A stretch of DNA of 19,813 nucleotides from Opitutales bacterium (GCA_049598495.1 JBMYNR010000024.1:5796-25608), one strand, 5' to 3'. Counted from the stretch's first letter, positions 10,623 to 19,813 are shown. Translations and numbers: made by a program. Notes: generated from the sequence alone by a model not told the origin.

Positions 10623-10647
10623 TTATCGCCCAAAGCAAAATGATAGC

Positions 10648-10667
10648 CGCCCCAGTCCCTTGGGGCG
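10648..10667 (+). terminator. GC-rich hairpin after purA, possible terminator
   Basis: CGCCCCA-GTCCCT-TGGGGCG, a 7-bp stem with only a poor U-tract. Confidence 0.35.
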
Positions 10668-10726
10668 ATTCACGAACGGACTAAACGAACGGCAACAGAG
10701 TTCCGTTGCTACAATTTCCGAAAATC

Positions 10727-11065
10727 ATGAACGCCAAGATCATTGCGGCCTGTGAAGCCTTCTCCATGGGCGATCCCGCTCCGGCCCAGGTTTTTCTTGC
10801 CGAGAACATCGAGTGGCACATTGTCGGCGACCGCACAATCGACGGCCACGCCGCCGTGCAGGAGATGTGCGACGATGCCGCGGCACAGGGCACGCCCAAT
10901 TTCAAAAACGGCCGCGTGATCAAAGCCAAGCATCACATCATCGTAGAGGGCGCCGACCTCGACAGCGATATGCACTACTGTGATATCTACGCTATTGATG
11001 GTGGCCAAATCGCCGAGATCACCTCTTACAGCCTGGCAGGGGCGTCGCCTGATTGCTCTCCCTGA
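10727..11065 (+). CDS. SnoaL/NTF2-like protein
   Basis: AFSMGD...FLAENIEWHIVGD..IDGHAAV...IIVEG...YCDIY.IDGGQIAEITSY pattern. The 3' end overlaps convergent yjbQ by 40 bp. Confidence 0.85.
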   Translation: MNAKIIAACEAFSMGDPAPAQVFLAENIEWHIVGDRTIDGHAAVQEMCDDAAAQGTPNFKNGRVIKAKHHIIVEGADLDSDMHYCDIYAIDGGQIAEITSYSLAGASPDCSP

Positions 11066-11472
11066 AAGCTGAGCACGATCCGGCGTTCGTGGCTGCGGCT
11101 GCGGTGCTCCCAAAGGAAGACGCCCTGCCAAGTGCCGAGACAGAGCTGTTGATTGACGAAGGGGATGACCTCCGCCGTTCGCGTGAGCGCCATTTTGATA
11201 TGACTCGGCATATCGTCCGGCCCCTCGTAAGTGTGGGTGAAATGAGGGTCATTTTCCGGGACGAGCCGATCGATGAATCCTTCGAGATCACGGCGCGCTG
11301 AAGGATCGGCATTTTCCATTATCACCAGACTGCAGCTGGTGTGGCAGCAAAAGACCGTCACAGTGCCCTCACGCAGTCCGGATTCCAGGAGCGCCTCCTG
11401 AATCATATAGGTGAACTCGGCCGTGGATTTGCCGGGCGCAGAGACAAGGATCTCCTTCGTGAAGACTGCCAT
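11026..11472 (-). CDS. yjbQ: YjbQ/UPF0047 family protein
   Basis: HTSCSL.I.ENADPS...DL, F.HT.EGPDDMPSHIK, LGTWQG.FLWEHR. Confidence 0.93.
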   Translation of the reverse strand: MAVFTKEILVSAPGKSTAEFTYMIQEALLESGLREGTVTVFCCHTSCSLVIMENADPSARRDLEGFIDRLVPENDPHFTHTYEGPDDMPSHIKMALTRTAEVIPFVNQQLCLGTWQGVFLWEHRSRSHERRIVLSFQGEQSGDAPARL

Positions 11473-11526
11473 GGGAGGGTATAAAAGTGGGAAGGTGAGA
11501 AGGAGGAAAGCTTATTCAACAGGAGC

Positions 11527-11601
11527 GTAGTGGCTTCGCTTGCGACGCCCGAGTCAACCGCATACATTGCACGCGGCGGGTGCCGCAAGCAGCACCCCTA
11601 C
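11527..11601. repeat. REP doublet (REPIN), family A, slightly degenerate
   Basis: GTAGTGGCTTCGCTTGCGACGCCCG ... CGGGTGCCGCAAGCAGCACCCCTAC. Confidence 0.85.
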
Positions 11602-11676
11602 ACTTAGGAAGATGGCCCCCATAATTTCGCACATTCTTACTTTCATACTTTCGCGCCGTGCATAGCATACGCACAC

Positions 11677-12081
11677 ATGCTTCGGGAGTTCTGCATCATC
11701 GGGCTACTAACAGCCCTCGGCTCAGCCTTTTCGCTCTATCACGAGTGGGCACCCCTGCCTTGGGCAGAGCCCGAGCTCAAGCCCGGCGAGATTCGACTCG
11801 TCGATGCTCAGGCGCTCGACGTGATCTGGCTGGATACCCGTACGAAAGAAGAATTCGGGGTGGCTCACATCCCGGGCGCTATTTTCTTTGAAGAGAATGA
11901 TTGGGATACCGGTCTCCTCGCCCTGATGGACGCATGGCTTGGCCAACCAAGGCCCATTGTCATCTACTGTGGCAGCGAGTCCTGTGGCACGAGCAAGCGG
12001 GTGGCTGAAGGCCTTCGAGAATCCCTCCCCGACGCGGAGATCTATCGCCTGAAAGGAGGCTGGAGCGCATGGCAAAGATAG
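11677..12081 (+). CDS. Membrane-anchored/exported rhodanese-like protein
   Basis: N-terminal hydrophobic segment; WLDTR..EEF..AHIPGAI, IVIYCGSESC, LKGGWSAW. Confidence 0.9.
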   Translation: MLREFCIIGLLTALGSAFSLYHEWAPLPWAEPELKPGEIRLVDAQALDVIWLDTRTKEEFGVAHIPGAIFFEENDWDTGLLALMDAWLGQPRPIVIYCGSESCGTSKRVAEGLRESLPDAEIYRLKGGWSAWQR

Positions 12082-12539
12082 ACGCCAAAGCCTACCTACT
12101 ACTGATCGCGCGCTTGGTCGTAGCCGCGAGCTTTCTGCTGGCCGCGCTTCCGAAGATTCAGGATCCCCTCGCCTTTGCCGGCTCCATCGAAACCTACCGC
12201 ATCATTGGAAATGGGCTTTCCGCTTGGGTGGCACTCACTCTGCCCTGGCTGGAGCTCATCATCGGGGTCGGACTGCTCACCCCGCAGCTACGACGAGCCA
12301 GCGCACTCTGCATCGGCATTTTACTACTCCTCTTTATTTGCCTGCACCTCAGCGCATGGATACGTGGGCTCAATATCAATTGTGGATGTTTTGGAGCTGA
12401 GCAGGTGGAGCCCACACTTGATTACCTTTGGCGAATCCTGCGGAACGGGGGGCTCCTTGTTGCCACGGCATTCGTTTTCCTGCGCGATCTGCGAAACCCG
12501 CGCAATATTTCGGAGTCAAAAGAAACAGGCATTTCTTGA
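12069..12539 (+). CDS. MauE/DoxX family membrane protein
   Basis: KI.DP..FA..I..Y, LPWLEL..G..LL, RGLNINCGCFG, ILRN; four TM segments. Confidence 0.9.
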   Translation: MAKIDAKAYLLLIARLVVAASFLLAALPKIQDPLAFAGSIETYRIIGNGLSAWVALTLPWLELIIGVGLLTPQLRRASALCIGILLLLFICLHLSAWIRGLNINCGCFGAEQVEPTLDYLWRILRNGGLLVATAFVFLRDLRNPRNISESKETGIS

Positions 12540-12570
12540 ACTGAAGCGCCTTCTCGATACACCTTCTAGA

Positions 12571-13239
12571 ATGGTTCATCGTATTTCGATCTACGCCCTG
12601 CTACTGTTCGTTCCGCTGGCGTCGTCGCTTGCTTCAACTCTGGCCTGGGACCGGACCGAGGCTCACATTGAAATGGACCCGGACCAAGTCGAAGCAAGAG
12701 CGATCTTCACGGTGACCAATCGTGGCGAAAAGACCGTGCGGATTGCCCGCATCAAGACTAGTTGCGGTTGCACCAGCTCCGTTATCGACCGTAGGATTAT
12801 CGCCCCCGGGAAATCAACACGGATCACTGCAACTTTCAATAAGGGCAAGCGTGAGGGACTTAACCGGAATCGTTTGGAGGTCTTTCTTGATAACCAGGCC
12901 GATGCGGTCGCCACGCTTATCATGAGTGTAAAAATTCCCGCGCTCATCGATGCCACGCCCAAGTTCGTCTATTGGTCTAAAGGTAACTCCCGCTCCGAAC
13001 GCCGGGTCCGGATCCGTATGGATGAGCGCTACATCGATCAAATCGTAGGGATCAAATATGATCGTGAGCGCTTCCGCATCACCGAGGAGCCGGGCGACCC
13101 GAAAACCGAAGTCGACCGCGTGCTCGTGATTGAACCACTCGATTACGATACCCTCTTCCGGGGCTCGATCCAAATACAAGGCACGGGGCCCGATGGATAT
13201 AAGCACGAAACGCGGCTACACGTATTTGTGCAACCCTGA
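12571..13239 (+). CDS. Exported DUF1573 (Ig-like) domain protein
   Basis: Signal peptide from ATG 12571; FTVTNRG....I..IKTSCGCT.....IAPG.S..I..TFN signature. Confidence 0.85.
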   Translation: MVHRISIYALLLFVPLASSLASTLAWDRTEAHIEMDPDQVEARAIFTVTNRGEKTVRIARIKTSCGCTSSVIDRRIIAPGKSTRITATFNKGKREGLNRNRLEVFLDNQADAVATLIMSVKIPALIDATPKFVYWSKGNSRSERRVRIRMDERYIDQIVGIKYDRERFRITEEPGDPKTEVDRVLVIEPLDYDTLFRGSIQIQGTGPDGYKHETRLHVFVQP

Positions 13240-13387
13240 TGAAACTGCGGCCTCACGGGTTGTCGTTTGGTCGCCTAAGACAATCGCTACATCCGACATG
13301 ACGCAGCGAACTATAAGCGAGCTGCATTTTTGCTTACAGACGGAACTTGCCAGAGCACGTAAAAGCAGGAAGAACCCCATCGCATAA

Positions 13388-13771
13388 ATGCGACGACGCT
13401 TCTCCAAACTTTGCCTCCTTATTTTCAGCTGCTGGCTGCTGCTGGGGCCACTCGCCCTACTGCAACTGGGTGCCTGGGGCTGGATGCTGGCGAGCTACTC
13501 CCAGGAAAGCTCATTTCAGCAGGCGTTTGTTGAAACGTTTGGCGATGAGCGGCCTTGTGAGCTCTGCCTCGTGATTGATGCGGTGGAAGAGACCGAGCGT
13601 GACCTCCCCGTGCAGCAGACCCCTGATAATGATCTCAAGCTGATGCTTGGCCTGGCTTGTGCGGTCCGAATCCAGGCCCCGGTGGCGGCCTATCAGCCGG
13701 CGGCAATCCCTGTGGGTAAACCAGAGGATGTGTCCGGGCGGGTGCCCACTCCGCCGCCTCGACGCGTGTAA
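13388..13771 (+). CDS. Membrane-targeted CxxC / C-terminal PTPPPR protein (DUF2946-like leader)
   Basis: N-terminal hydrophobic segment, RPCELC at residues 55-60, C-terminus RVPTPPPRRV; lies upstream of an outer-membrane barrel gene. Confidence 0.7.
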   Translation: MRRRFSKLCLLIFSCWLLLGPLALLQLGAWGWMLASYSQESSFQQAFVETFGDERPCELCLVIDAVEETERDLPVQQTPDNDLKLMLGLACAVRIQAPVAAYQPAAIPVGKPEDVSGRVPTPPPRRV

Positions 13772-14001
13772 GCGCTCTGCTCTCGGCAGTTTTTCACGAG
13801 GCCAGTCTTGAAGTGTCGCACGACGGCGAAGCCGCTGTGTTCGTCACGCGGGGCCCCTGAACACGGATTCCCGTCTGCGTTCTACGAATGACGCCGCTCT
13901 TAGGTATTTCCACTCATGCATCAAAGCAGCTCGATGACGCTGCGCTCCCGGGATCGCAAATCTCCTGATTTGCTCCGTCGCTGGGCCAATAAACACATAC
14001 T

Positions 14002-15099
14002 ATGAAATCTTTACTGAAACTACTTTCACTCTTCTCGCTCTCTTCGACGCTCACTCTGACTGCAGACGCAGTCAGCTTTCCCTGCTGTCCCGCCGAGGGG
14101 CACTCGAATCCGCGACCGGATGCCCACGCCCCCATCTCTGTCATGGGCGACCACACTCACGCAAAGGACGGTTGGATGCTCTCCTACCGTTATATGAATA
14201 TGCAGATGGATGGGATGCGTCATGGTGCCGATCGCGTCTCTTCTAATGAGGTTTTCACCGCGGATGGCGGCTATACCGTCAACCCCGAATGGATGACCAT
14301 GGACATGCATATGCTCGGGATGATGTATGCGCCGACGGACGAGCTCACCCTTATGCTGATGGCCAAGTACATCGAGTCGGAGATGGAGCATCGCATCGTC
14401 ACACAAATGGCGGCCGACATGATTAACGGTGGCGACACCGTATTCACCACCCGCTCCAGCGGCCTGGGCGACTGGAAGCTGAGCGCACTCTACCGATTCT
14501 ATCTGGAAGATAACCGCAAGGCGCACTTCGGCATAGGGCTCAGCTTGCCCACTGGATCAATCGATGAAAAAGACCGCCTGCCTGCGATGGGAGGAGCCAC
14601 GGATCAACAAATGCCGGCTCCCATGCAGCTGGGTTCCGGCACGGTCGACCTTCTGCCTTCGTTGACCTACGTGCAACAGTACAAGGATTGGTCTTGGGGG
14701 GCGCAGGCCAACGGAGCTGTGCGCCTTCAGGATGAAAACTCCAACGACTACCGACTGGGTCACAAGCTTGAGTTGCTCGGCTGGGCCAGCGTCAATCTGA
14801 CTGAATGGCTCGGCCTTAACGGCGGCCTCAGCTACGGATACACCGGCAAGCTCAAGGGCCACCAAAAGGACGTCAACACAATGGGGCCAAACGGCCGCTC
14901 CGTTACCACGGCGTTCGCAGACAACTACGGCGGGGAGCGCCTAGATGCACTCCTCGGGGCCAACCTGTTGATTCAAAATGGTTTTTTAAAGGGGCACCGC
15001 CTCGCCTTCGACCTGCGCCTGCCTCTCCGGCAAGACCTCCACGGCTACCAACTGGAAACGGATTCCGTACTCTCGATCGGATGGCAGAAGTCGTTCTAG
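14002..15099 (+). CDS. His/Met-rich outer-membrane beta-barrel transporter (MetA-pathway/phenol-degradation-like family)
   Basis: Signal peptide; RPDAHAPISVMGDHTH, YMNMQMDGM, MTMDMHMLGMMY, GLGD, GLSLPTGS, MQLGSGT.D; C-terminal Phe (GWQKSF). Confidence 0.8.
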   Translation: MKSLLKLLSLFSLSSTLTLTADAVSFPCCPAEGHSNPRPDAHAPISVMGDHTHAKDGWMLSYRYMNMQMDGMRHGADRVSSNEVFTADGGYTVNPEWMTMDMHMLGMMYAPTDELTLMLMAKYIESEMEHRIVTQMAADMINGGDTVFTTRSSGLGDWKLSALYRFYLEDNRKAHFGIGLSLPTGSIDEKDRLPAMGGATDQQMPAPMQLGSGTVDLLPSLTYVQQYKDWSWGAQANGAVRLQDENSNDYRLGHKLELLGWASVNLTEWLGLNGGLSYGYTGKLKGHQKDVNTMGPNGRSVTTAFADNYGGERLDALLGANLLIQNGFLKGHRLAFDLRLPLRQDLHGYQLETDSVLSIGWQKSF

Positions 15100-15391
15100 C
15101 AAAGGCCACCGCAGCTAGTGTGGTGTCAGGCGCGCGACGTTCATACAGCCCCCCGGGGAGAACCCATTTCCCGTAGCCCTATACGGCATCGTATCTTCGT
15201 TTGACAATTCTATCACCAGAGACGATCTAGTCCCCATGCTAGGTCGTCTTTTTTGTCTCTTTGCCAGCATCGCGTTGGCCTGTCTCGGTAGCTCTGTCAG
15301 AGCAAGCTAGCAAGTAACTCCACCCTTGTCGTCCCGCTACTCGAGACTCGATCATAAAACAACTCCCCATTCTTGAATCTCCATTTGAAAA

Positions 15392-15913
15392 ATGAATAAC
15401 AAACTCGGTCCGACAGGGGAAATTTGCTTCGACCTCCCCTCGCCTTACGAGCCACATCCTTGCGGCCTGCTCCACCTGCCTCGCTTCATCGCGAAGATTC
15501 GCAAGCATCTCGCGGGCGAATTACCAAAATCGTATCAGAAAAACTTCTGTCGCGGGTTCGATCGTTTCCTCTGTATGCACCTCGGCGTCGACCCGAAACA
15601 GGTCGTTGAGGCGGTCAAGGCCGCAGGCGAGGACGAAATCGAGCTCGATCGTTTGCTCGGTGAGTTCTTCCCCGAGGATTTACGGGTTGTCGACTGGAAC
15701 CGAGAAGTCGTTCACAAAGGGCAAACCGATGCCGGCCGTGAGTTCCTCGCCGAATCTCTGACCAACATGGGGACCCCAGAGATGATCGGTAAGATCGACA
15801 GCGTGATGGACATGATGGACTTCGACGAAGGGCGCATCCCCGGCTTCTCGGACGAGCAACGCAAAGCATGGGAGGCGGGCCATAGGCATCCGACTGTCCA
15901 CCCCGCTCGATGA
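15392..15913 (+). CDS. DUF5069 family protein
   Basis: LPSPY.....GL.HLPR.IAKIR....GELP..Y.....GFD..LC..LGVD and C-terminal DFDEGR. Confidence 0.8.
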   Translation: MNNKLGPTGEICFDLPSPYEPHPCGLLHLPRFIAKIRKHLAGELPKSYQKNFCRGFDRFLCMHLGVDPKQVVEAVKAAGEDEIELDRLLGEFFPEDLRVVDWNREVVHKGQTDAGREFLAESLTNMGTPEMIGKIDSVMDMMDFDEGRIPGFSDEQRKAWEAGHRHPTVHPAR

Positions 15914-16000
15914 TTAAGAGGATGGTTTTTGTGGGTAAATTCCCAATCGGCAATCAGATCAGAAAAAGCCCCTAAGGTCGGCCCAAGAAAGCGTCACACT

Positions 16001-16930
16001 ATGCCACACTCCGCCCGATATTCAAAGGATACTTTCAAGACCCGCCTGGCCTGGGAGGACCTCGATCCAGCATATCTACGCCAGTTGATCGGGCTCGCAA
16101 AAATCGAAGATCTCGCCGGAGCCGGACTTGCCAACCGACCGGAGCGGCTCGGTGATGTGACCACAGCCCTCATGCCGGAAGGGGCCACCGGGAAGGCTCC
16201 ACTCATCGCACGCGAACCACTGACCGTCTGTGGACTTGGGCTCATTCAACCCGTGCTGGACAGCTATGGCGAGGGTTGTGAGTTTACTGCCGAAAGCAGG
16301 GACGGAGGCTACTTAAAAACAGGCGATCGAATCGGTGTATTAAGTGGCCCTTCAGGAACCCTGCTGCAAGCGGAGCGGGTCATACTGAATTTTCTTCAGC
16401 ACCTCAGCGGCATTGCGACAGAAACACGTCGCTATGTCGATACGCTTAAGGGAAGCCGGACCTCCTTGCTCGACACCCGCAAGACTCTGCCCGGGTATCG
16501 CGTTCTACAGAAATATGCATTTGCCTGCGGAGGTGGATACAATCATCGCATCGGTCTCTTCGATCGGGTTATGCTAAAAGACAACCATTTGGCCGTCGCA
16601 GGTGCCACAGGCGGCAATCGATTGACCGAAACGGTCGCGCTCGCCGTGGATCATTTCAATGGCCTCGCGATTGAAGTGGAAGTCGATACCCTTGAACAGA
16701 TCCCGCCCGTGCTCGAGGCCGGTGCAGATATCATTCTGCTTGATAACTTTTCGGTCGATGCGCTGAAAGAAGCAGTGGCTCTGATTGGCGACCAAGCCAC
16801 GACAGAGGCAAGCGGTGGTATTACACGGGAAACTCTACCCACGCTCGGCGAACTAGGTCTGGATTTCATCTCCACGGGGGCACCCATCCATCAAAGTCAG
16901 TGGAAGGACATCGGTCTGGATTGGTTATGA
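16001..16930 (+). CDS. nadC: Quinolinate phosphoribosyltransferase (decarboxylating)
   Basis: [72 protein letters not shown]. Confidence 0.96.
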   Translation: MPHSARYSKDTFKTRLAWEDLDPAYLRQLIGLAKIEDLAGAGLANRPERLGDVTTALMPEGATGKAPLIAREPLTVCGLGLIQPVLDSYGEGCEFTAESRDGGYLKTGDRIGVLSGPSGTLLQAERVILNFLQHLSGIATETRRYVDTLKGSRTSLLDTRKTLPGYRVLQKYAFACGGGYNHRIGLFDRVMLKDNHLAVAGATGGNRLTETVALAVDHFNGLAIEVEVDTLEQIPPVLEAGADIILLDNFSVDALKEAVALIGDQATTEASGGITRETLPTLGELGLDFISTGAPIHQSQWKDIGLDWL

Positions 16931-16953
16931 GCGCTGGCGATTCTCATTGCTAT

Positions 16954-16981
16954 TTCATCTAATTTAGACAAATTAGATGAA
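16954..16981. promoter_or_regulatory. Perfect 12-bp inverted repeat, probable TA autoregulatory operator
   Basis: TTCATCTAATTT-AGAC-AAATTAGATGAA, overlapping the antitoxin start region. Confidence 0.75.
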
Positions 16982-17252
16982 CATGAACTCCGTTACAGCG
17001 AATACAGCGAAGCAAAACTTCGGCGAACTCATTGATCAGGCGCAGAAGGGCCCTATTTCCGTCACCAAACACGGGCGCCCTTCCGTCGTCGTGACTTCAG
17101 CGTCCGAGTATCGTGAATTGATGGCCTTTAAACACGCCCATTTGAAGGCTGAGGTCGCGGCAGGATTGGATCAATTGGATCGGGGAGAGATCTCGACCCG
17201 CTCTGCTCAGGAGATTGCGGCAGCCGTTTTAGAGAACAACACAGCGGGGTAG
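16977..17252 (+). CDS. Type II antitoxin, Phd/YefM N-terminus
   Basis: VTANTAKQNFGELIDQAQ..PI.VTKHGRP.VVV.S..EY. The true start may be 16983. Confidence 0.88.
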   Translation: MNMNSVTANTAKQNFGELIDQAQKGPISVTKHGRPSVVVTSASEYRELMAFKHAHLKAEVAAGLDQLDRGEISTRSAQEIAAAVLENNTAG

Positions 17253-17255
17253 GTT

Positions 17256-17579
17256 TTGGCCGACTACATTCTTTCCAAAAGCGCCGACGAAGATCTCAAG
17301 TGTATCTTCGAATACACTCTCGAAACATGGGGCGCCGACCAGCTCGCCATCTACGCGCTTCAGCTCGGTGCGGCTCTGCGCCAGATTGCCGGAGACCCGA
17401 CCCACCCCCGCAGCAAAACCCGCGAAGACCTTGCAGCTGGATGTCGAACCTTTCCTGTGGGTCACCACTTCATTGTTTACCGGGTCAATCGGGGACGGGT
17501 TGAGGTCGCGCGGATACTTCACGAGCGGATGGACTTTGAAAACAAAGCCGTAGAAACTGACTTCCCGAACAGACCCTAA
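17256..17579 (+). CDS. Type II toxin, ParE/RelE family
   Basis: Y.LS..A.EDL..I..YT...WG..Q...Y, REDL..GCR.FPVG.H.IVYR......EV.RILH.RMD; 3 bp after the antitoxin. Confidence 0.9.
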   Translation: MADYILSKSADEDLKCIFEYTLETWGADQLAIYALQLGAALRQIAGDPTHPRSKTREDLAAGCRTFPVGHHFIVYRVNRGRVEVARILHERMDFENKAVETDFPNRP

Positions 17580-17621
17580 CTCTGATTCGTAGAATGCTAT
17601 CCTTTCATACAGTCTTCAAAC

Positions 17622-17691
17622 GTAGCACGCTGGCGATAGCCGGTGTGAGGCGCTTGCCTGATGCGCACGCTGGCGATCGCCAGCGTGCTAC
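17622..17691. repeat. REP doublet (family D, GTAGCACGCTGGC..)
   Basis: GTAGCACGCTGGCGATAGCCGGTGTG ... CACGCTGGCGATCGCCAGCGTGCTAC; terminal inverted repeat with a GTAG foot. Confidence 0.85.
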
Positions 17692-17768
17692 AATTCGATG
17701 CCAGAACCATTGGAAGTGAAGCTGACCCGTATTCCAATTTGACCATATCCGACACAGAATACCGCCAA

Positions 17769-18761
17769 GTGGCACCGAACGACGATAGGTTGGCTATTCT
17801 GCGGGCCCTCCTGGAAGAGCGCGACGCCTTTGTTTCGGGAAGTCTATTGGCTGAGCAGTTGGGCATGTCGCGCCCCGCGATCCACGGCAAACTGGACAAG
17901 CTACGTGAGCAGGGTTTTGAATTCGAAGCGGTTCGCAACAAGGGCTATCGCATAACCAAAGAGCCGGACATTCTGCATGCCGACCTCATGCGCGCGTATG
18001 TGGAACAACAACCCAGGCCTATAGAGATGCTCTATTTCCCGGTCATTGATAGCACTAACAACGAGGCGGAACGCCAGCTCTCCTTTGGTCGCAAGGCTCC
18101 TTTCGCGGTCGCCTCTAGCTGCCAAACGAAAGGACGGGGCCGCTTGGGGCGGGACTGGCATAGCGCCTCCGCAGAGAACCTATACCTTTCCGTTCTCTTC
18201 GAGCCCAATATTGCGCCACAGGCACTTCAACACTTTACGCTTTGGGCGGGCATTTACATTTGCCGAACACTCCAAAGTTTCGTCCCCACGGCGCCGCTTA
18301 AAATTAAGTGGCCGAATGATCTATACTGTGATGGCCGAAAATTCGCAGGCATGTTGACCGAGGCAAAAATGGATGCGGACCGAATCCGCAGCATCACTCT
18401 CGGCATCGGTTTGAATGTAAACAGCAATCCGGCAAAATACCCGCCCGGGATTCAAAAGACAGCGACGAGCCTACAGGCAATCCATGGCGCTGAACTCTCG
18501 CTCAATGAGATCGCCGCCGCGGTCGCGTCATCGATCCATGCCGCCTACAACCGTTGTATTCTCGGAGAGGGATCAGAGCAATTAATCGAAGCATGGAGCC
18601 CGCTCAGCTCTCTGTCGGGGCAGCCGGTCACGGCGATCGCCAGGGGCCGCGAAGTGACCGGTATCGAAGCTGGAATCAATGAGACAGGAGCGCTTCTTTT
18701 GCAACAACCGGACGGCTCACGGGTTCCCATTCACGCAGGTGATGTGACTTTAAAAAAATGA
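17769..18761 (+). CDS. birA: Bifunctional biotin-protein ligase / repressor with N-terminal HTH
   Basis: [16 protein letters not shown] (HTH), [22 protein letters not shown]....RK.AG.L.E, GIGLNVN. GTG 17769 chosen because the 17661 start lies in a REP; start uncertain. Confidence 0.93.
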   Translation: MAPNDDRLAILRALLEERDAFVSGSLLAEQLGMSRPAIHGKLDKLREQGFEFEAVRNKGYRITKEPDILHADLMRAYVEQQPRPIEMLYFPVIDSTNNEAERQLSFGRKAPFAVASSCQTKGRGRLGRDWHSASAENLYLSVLFEPNIAPQALQHFTLWAGIYICRTLQSFVPTAPLKIKWPNDLYCDGRKFAGMLTEAKMDADRIRSITLGIGLNVNSNPAKYPPGIQKTATSLQAIHGAELSLNEIAAAVASSIHAAYNRCILGEGSEQLIEAWSPLSSLSGQPVTAIARGREVTGIEAGINETGALLLQQPDGSRVPIHAGDVTLKK

Positions 18762-18867
18762 CAGATACATGATAAATGATGTCAAATTCCCGGTCGCCCA
18801 TCATTGATTCGCCATCTCCGGCAGATCTCCGTCATCCATCATCCTAAATCACGAATCATTCATCACA
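18759..18867. repeat. Degenerate inverted heptamer arrays between birA and coaX
   Basis: Left arm TGACAGATACATGATAAATGATG; right arm TCATCCATCATCCTAAATCACGAATCATTCATCAC, with TCA recurring at roughly 7-nt spacing. Confidence 0.5.
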
Positions 18868-18871
18868 CGTT

Positions 18872-19636
18872 ATGAACACCCTTTGTATCGACGTTGGTAA
18901 CACCAGCACCCATTACGGTTTGGTCGCCGGCCAATCGGTCACCCGGACGGGCCATTTTCCGACAGGCGCTTTCGAAAAATCACCGTCTCAAGATTTCACA
19001 GCCGAAGTCGGGGCACTCGCCGAGCGTGCGGACAAGATCTCATTTTGCTCCGTGGTGCCTGGTATTAATGCTCATCTCAGGGAAAGCCTGCTTCCGTTCA
19101 AGCGCCCCATCTTCCATCTAAGCTGTGAGACCTGCCAGGGTCTGGAGTTGGTCTATCCGAAGCCGCACGAAATCGGGCAGGATCGCATCGCCAACGCCAT
19201 CGCCGCACAAGAGTATTATGGCACCCCGGCAATTGTGATTGATATGGGCACCGCTGTCACATTCGATATCGTCAGCGCCCGAGGCTACGAAGGTGGCATC
19301 ATTGCACCGGGGCTCGCCGTGATGACCCAATACCTCCACGAGCAAACCGCGCTTCTACCGAAGTTGACTCCAGAGGATCTGTTAAGCGTGGAGGGGGCGA
19401 TCGGCAAGTCCACCGTGCACGCGATGAAGCTCGGCGTGGCAGTTGGTTTTTCAGGTATGATTGACGCGCTGCTACAGAAAGTATACTCCGAACTCCGCAC
19501 GAAGGGTGAGTCGGAACCAGTCGTGCTCTCCACGGGAGGCAGTCTACCTAATCTGACTCGCGAGTGGGTTGGGAAAAGTCGTTTTGTCGAGGATTTGACT
19601 CTCTTGGGTTTGGCAGTCGCAGTTAAACGCGTTTGA
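18872..19636 (+). CDS. coaX: Type III pantothenate kinase
   Basis: [50 protein letters not shown]; follows birA. Confidence 0.95.
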   Translation: MNTLCIDVGNTSTHYGLVAGQSVTRTGHFPTGAFEKSPSQDFTAEVGALAERADKISFCSVVPGINAHLRESLLPFKRPIFHLSCETCQGLELVYPKPHEIGQDRIANAIAAQEYYGTPAIVIDMGTAVTFDIVSARGYEGGIIAPGLAVMTQYLHEQTALLPKLTPEDLLSVEGAIGKSTVHAMKLGVAVGFSGMIDALLQKVYSELRTKGESEPVVLSTGGSLPNLTREWVGKSRFVEDLTLLGLAVAVKRV

Positions 19637-19643
19637 ATCGCCA

Positions 19644-19813
19644 CGCTACACACGCTACGACGTAGCAAACTTGCGCCAGCAAGGTCGACGGACAAGCGCC
19701 CTCGCCTGTTCAAAACCCTTCATACGTCGACGCGACGGGCATCGCATCGCTACACACATACGACGTAGCAAACTTGCGCCAGCAAGGTCGACGGACAAGC
19801 GCCCTCGCCTGTT
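19644..19813 (+). repeat. Tandem 103-bp-period GTAG-REP units (family C), truncated by the window end
   Basis: TACGACGTAGCAAACTTGCGCCAGCAAGGTCGACGGACAAGCGCCCTCGCCTGTT is identical at 19656-19710 and 19759-19813. Confidence 0.9.

Noticed and set aside
12175..12570. N-terminal extension of the DUF1573 ORF (354 aa in the track)
   Set aside because: It overlaps the MauE/DoxX gene in another frame, and a clear signal peptide begins at ATG 12571.
19656..19813. Two identical 55-bp repeats resembling a CRISPR array
   Set aside because: The repeat is long, the intervening sequence is also conserved in the dispersed copy at 8756-8848, it has a GTAG-hairpin REP form, and there are no cas genes.

Overview
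A GC-rich bacterial chromosomal segment. Gene content (DUF5069, a CxxC/PPP leader family, divergent purA, short menE) suggests Verrucomicrobiota/Opitutales; this is inference. Both ends fall inside repeats, so it is probably a whole contig. Housekeeping genes: rsmD, polX-PHP, menC-menE, guaB, purA, yjbQ, nadC, birA, coaX. Accessory genes: a rhodanese/MauE-DoxX/DUF1573 operon, a CxxC...PPPR leader ORF ahead of a His/Met-rich outer-membrane barrel, a Phd-ParE toxin-antitoxin pair, and two divergent small RHH-like genes between guaB and purA. The main unusual signal is repeat biology. An apparently intact REP-associated tyrosine transposase (RAYT) sits between two 140-bp direct REP blocks and is fused in frame to MenE through a translated REP linker. 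A second REP doublet is translated inside menC, and a heptamer array is translated inside polX. At least four distinct GTAG-REP families and a ~405-bp MITE-like element also occur. No tRNA, rRNA or CRISPR array was seen. All calls come from reading motifs by eye; no database search was run.
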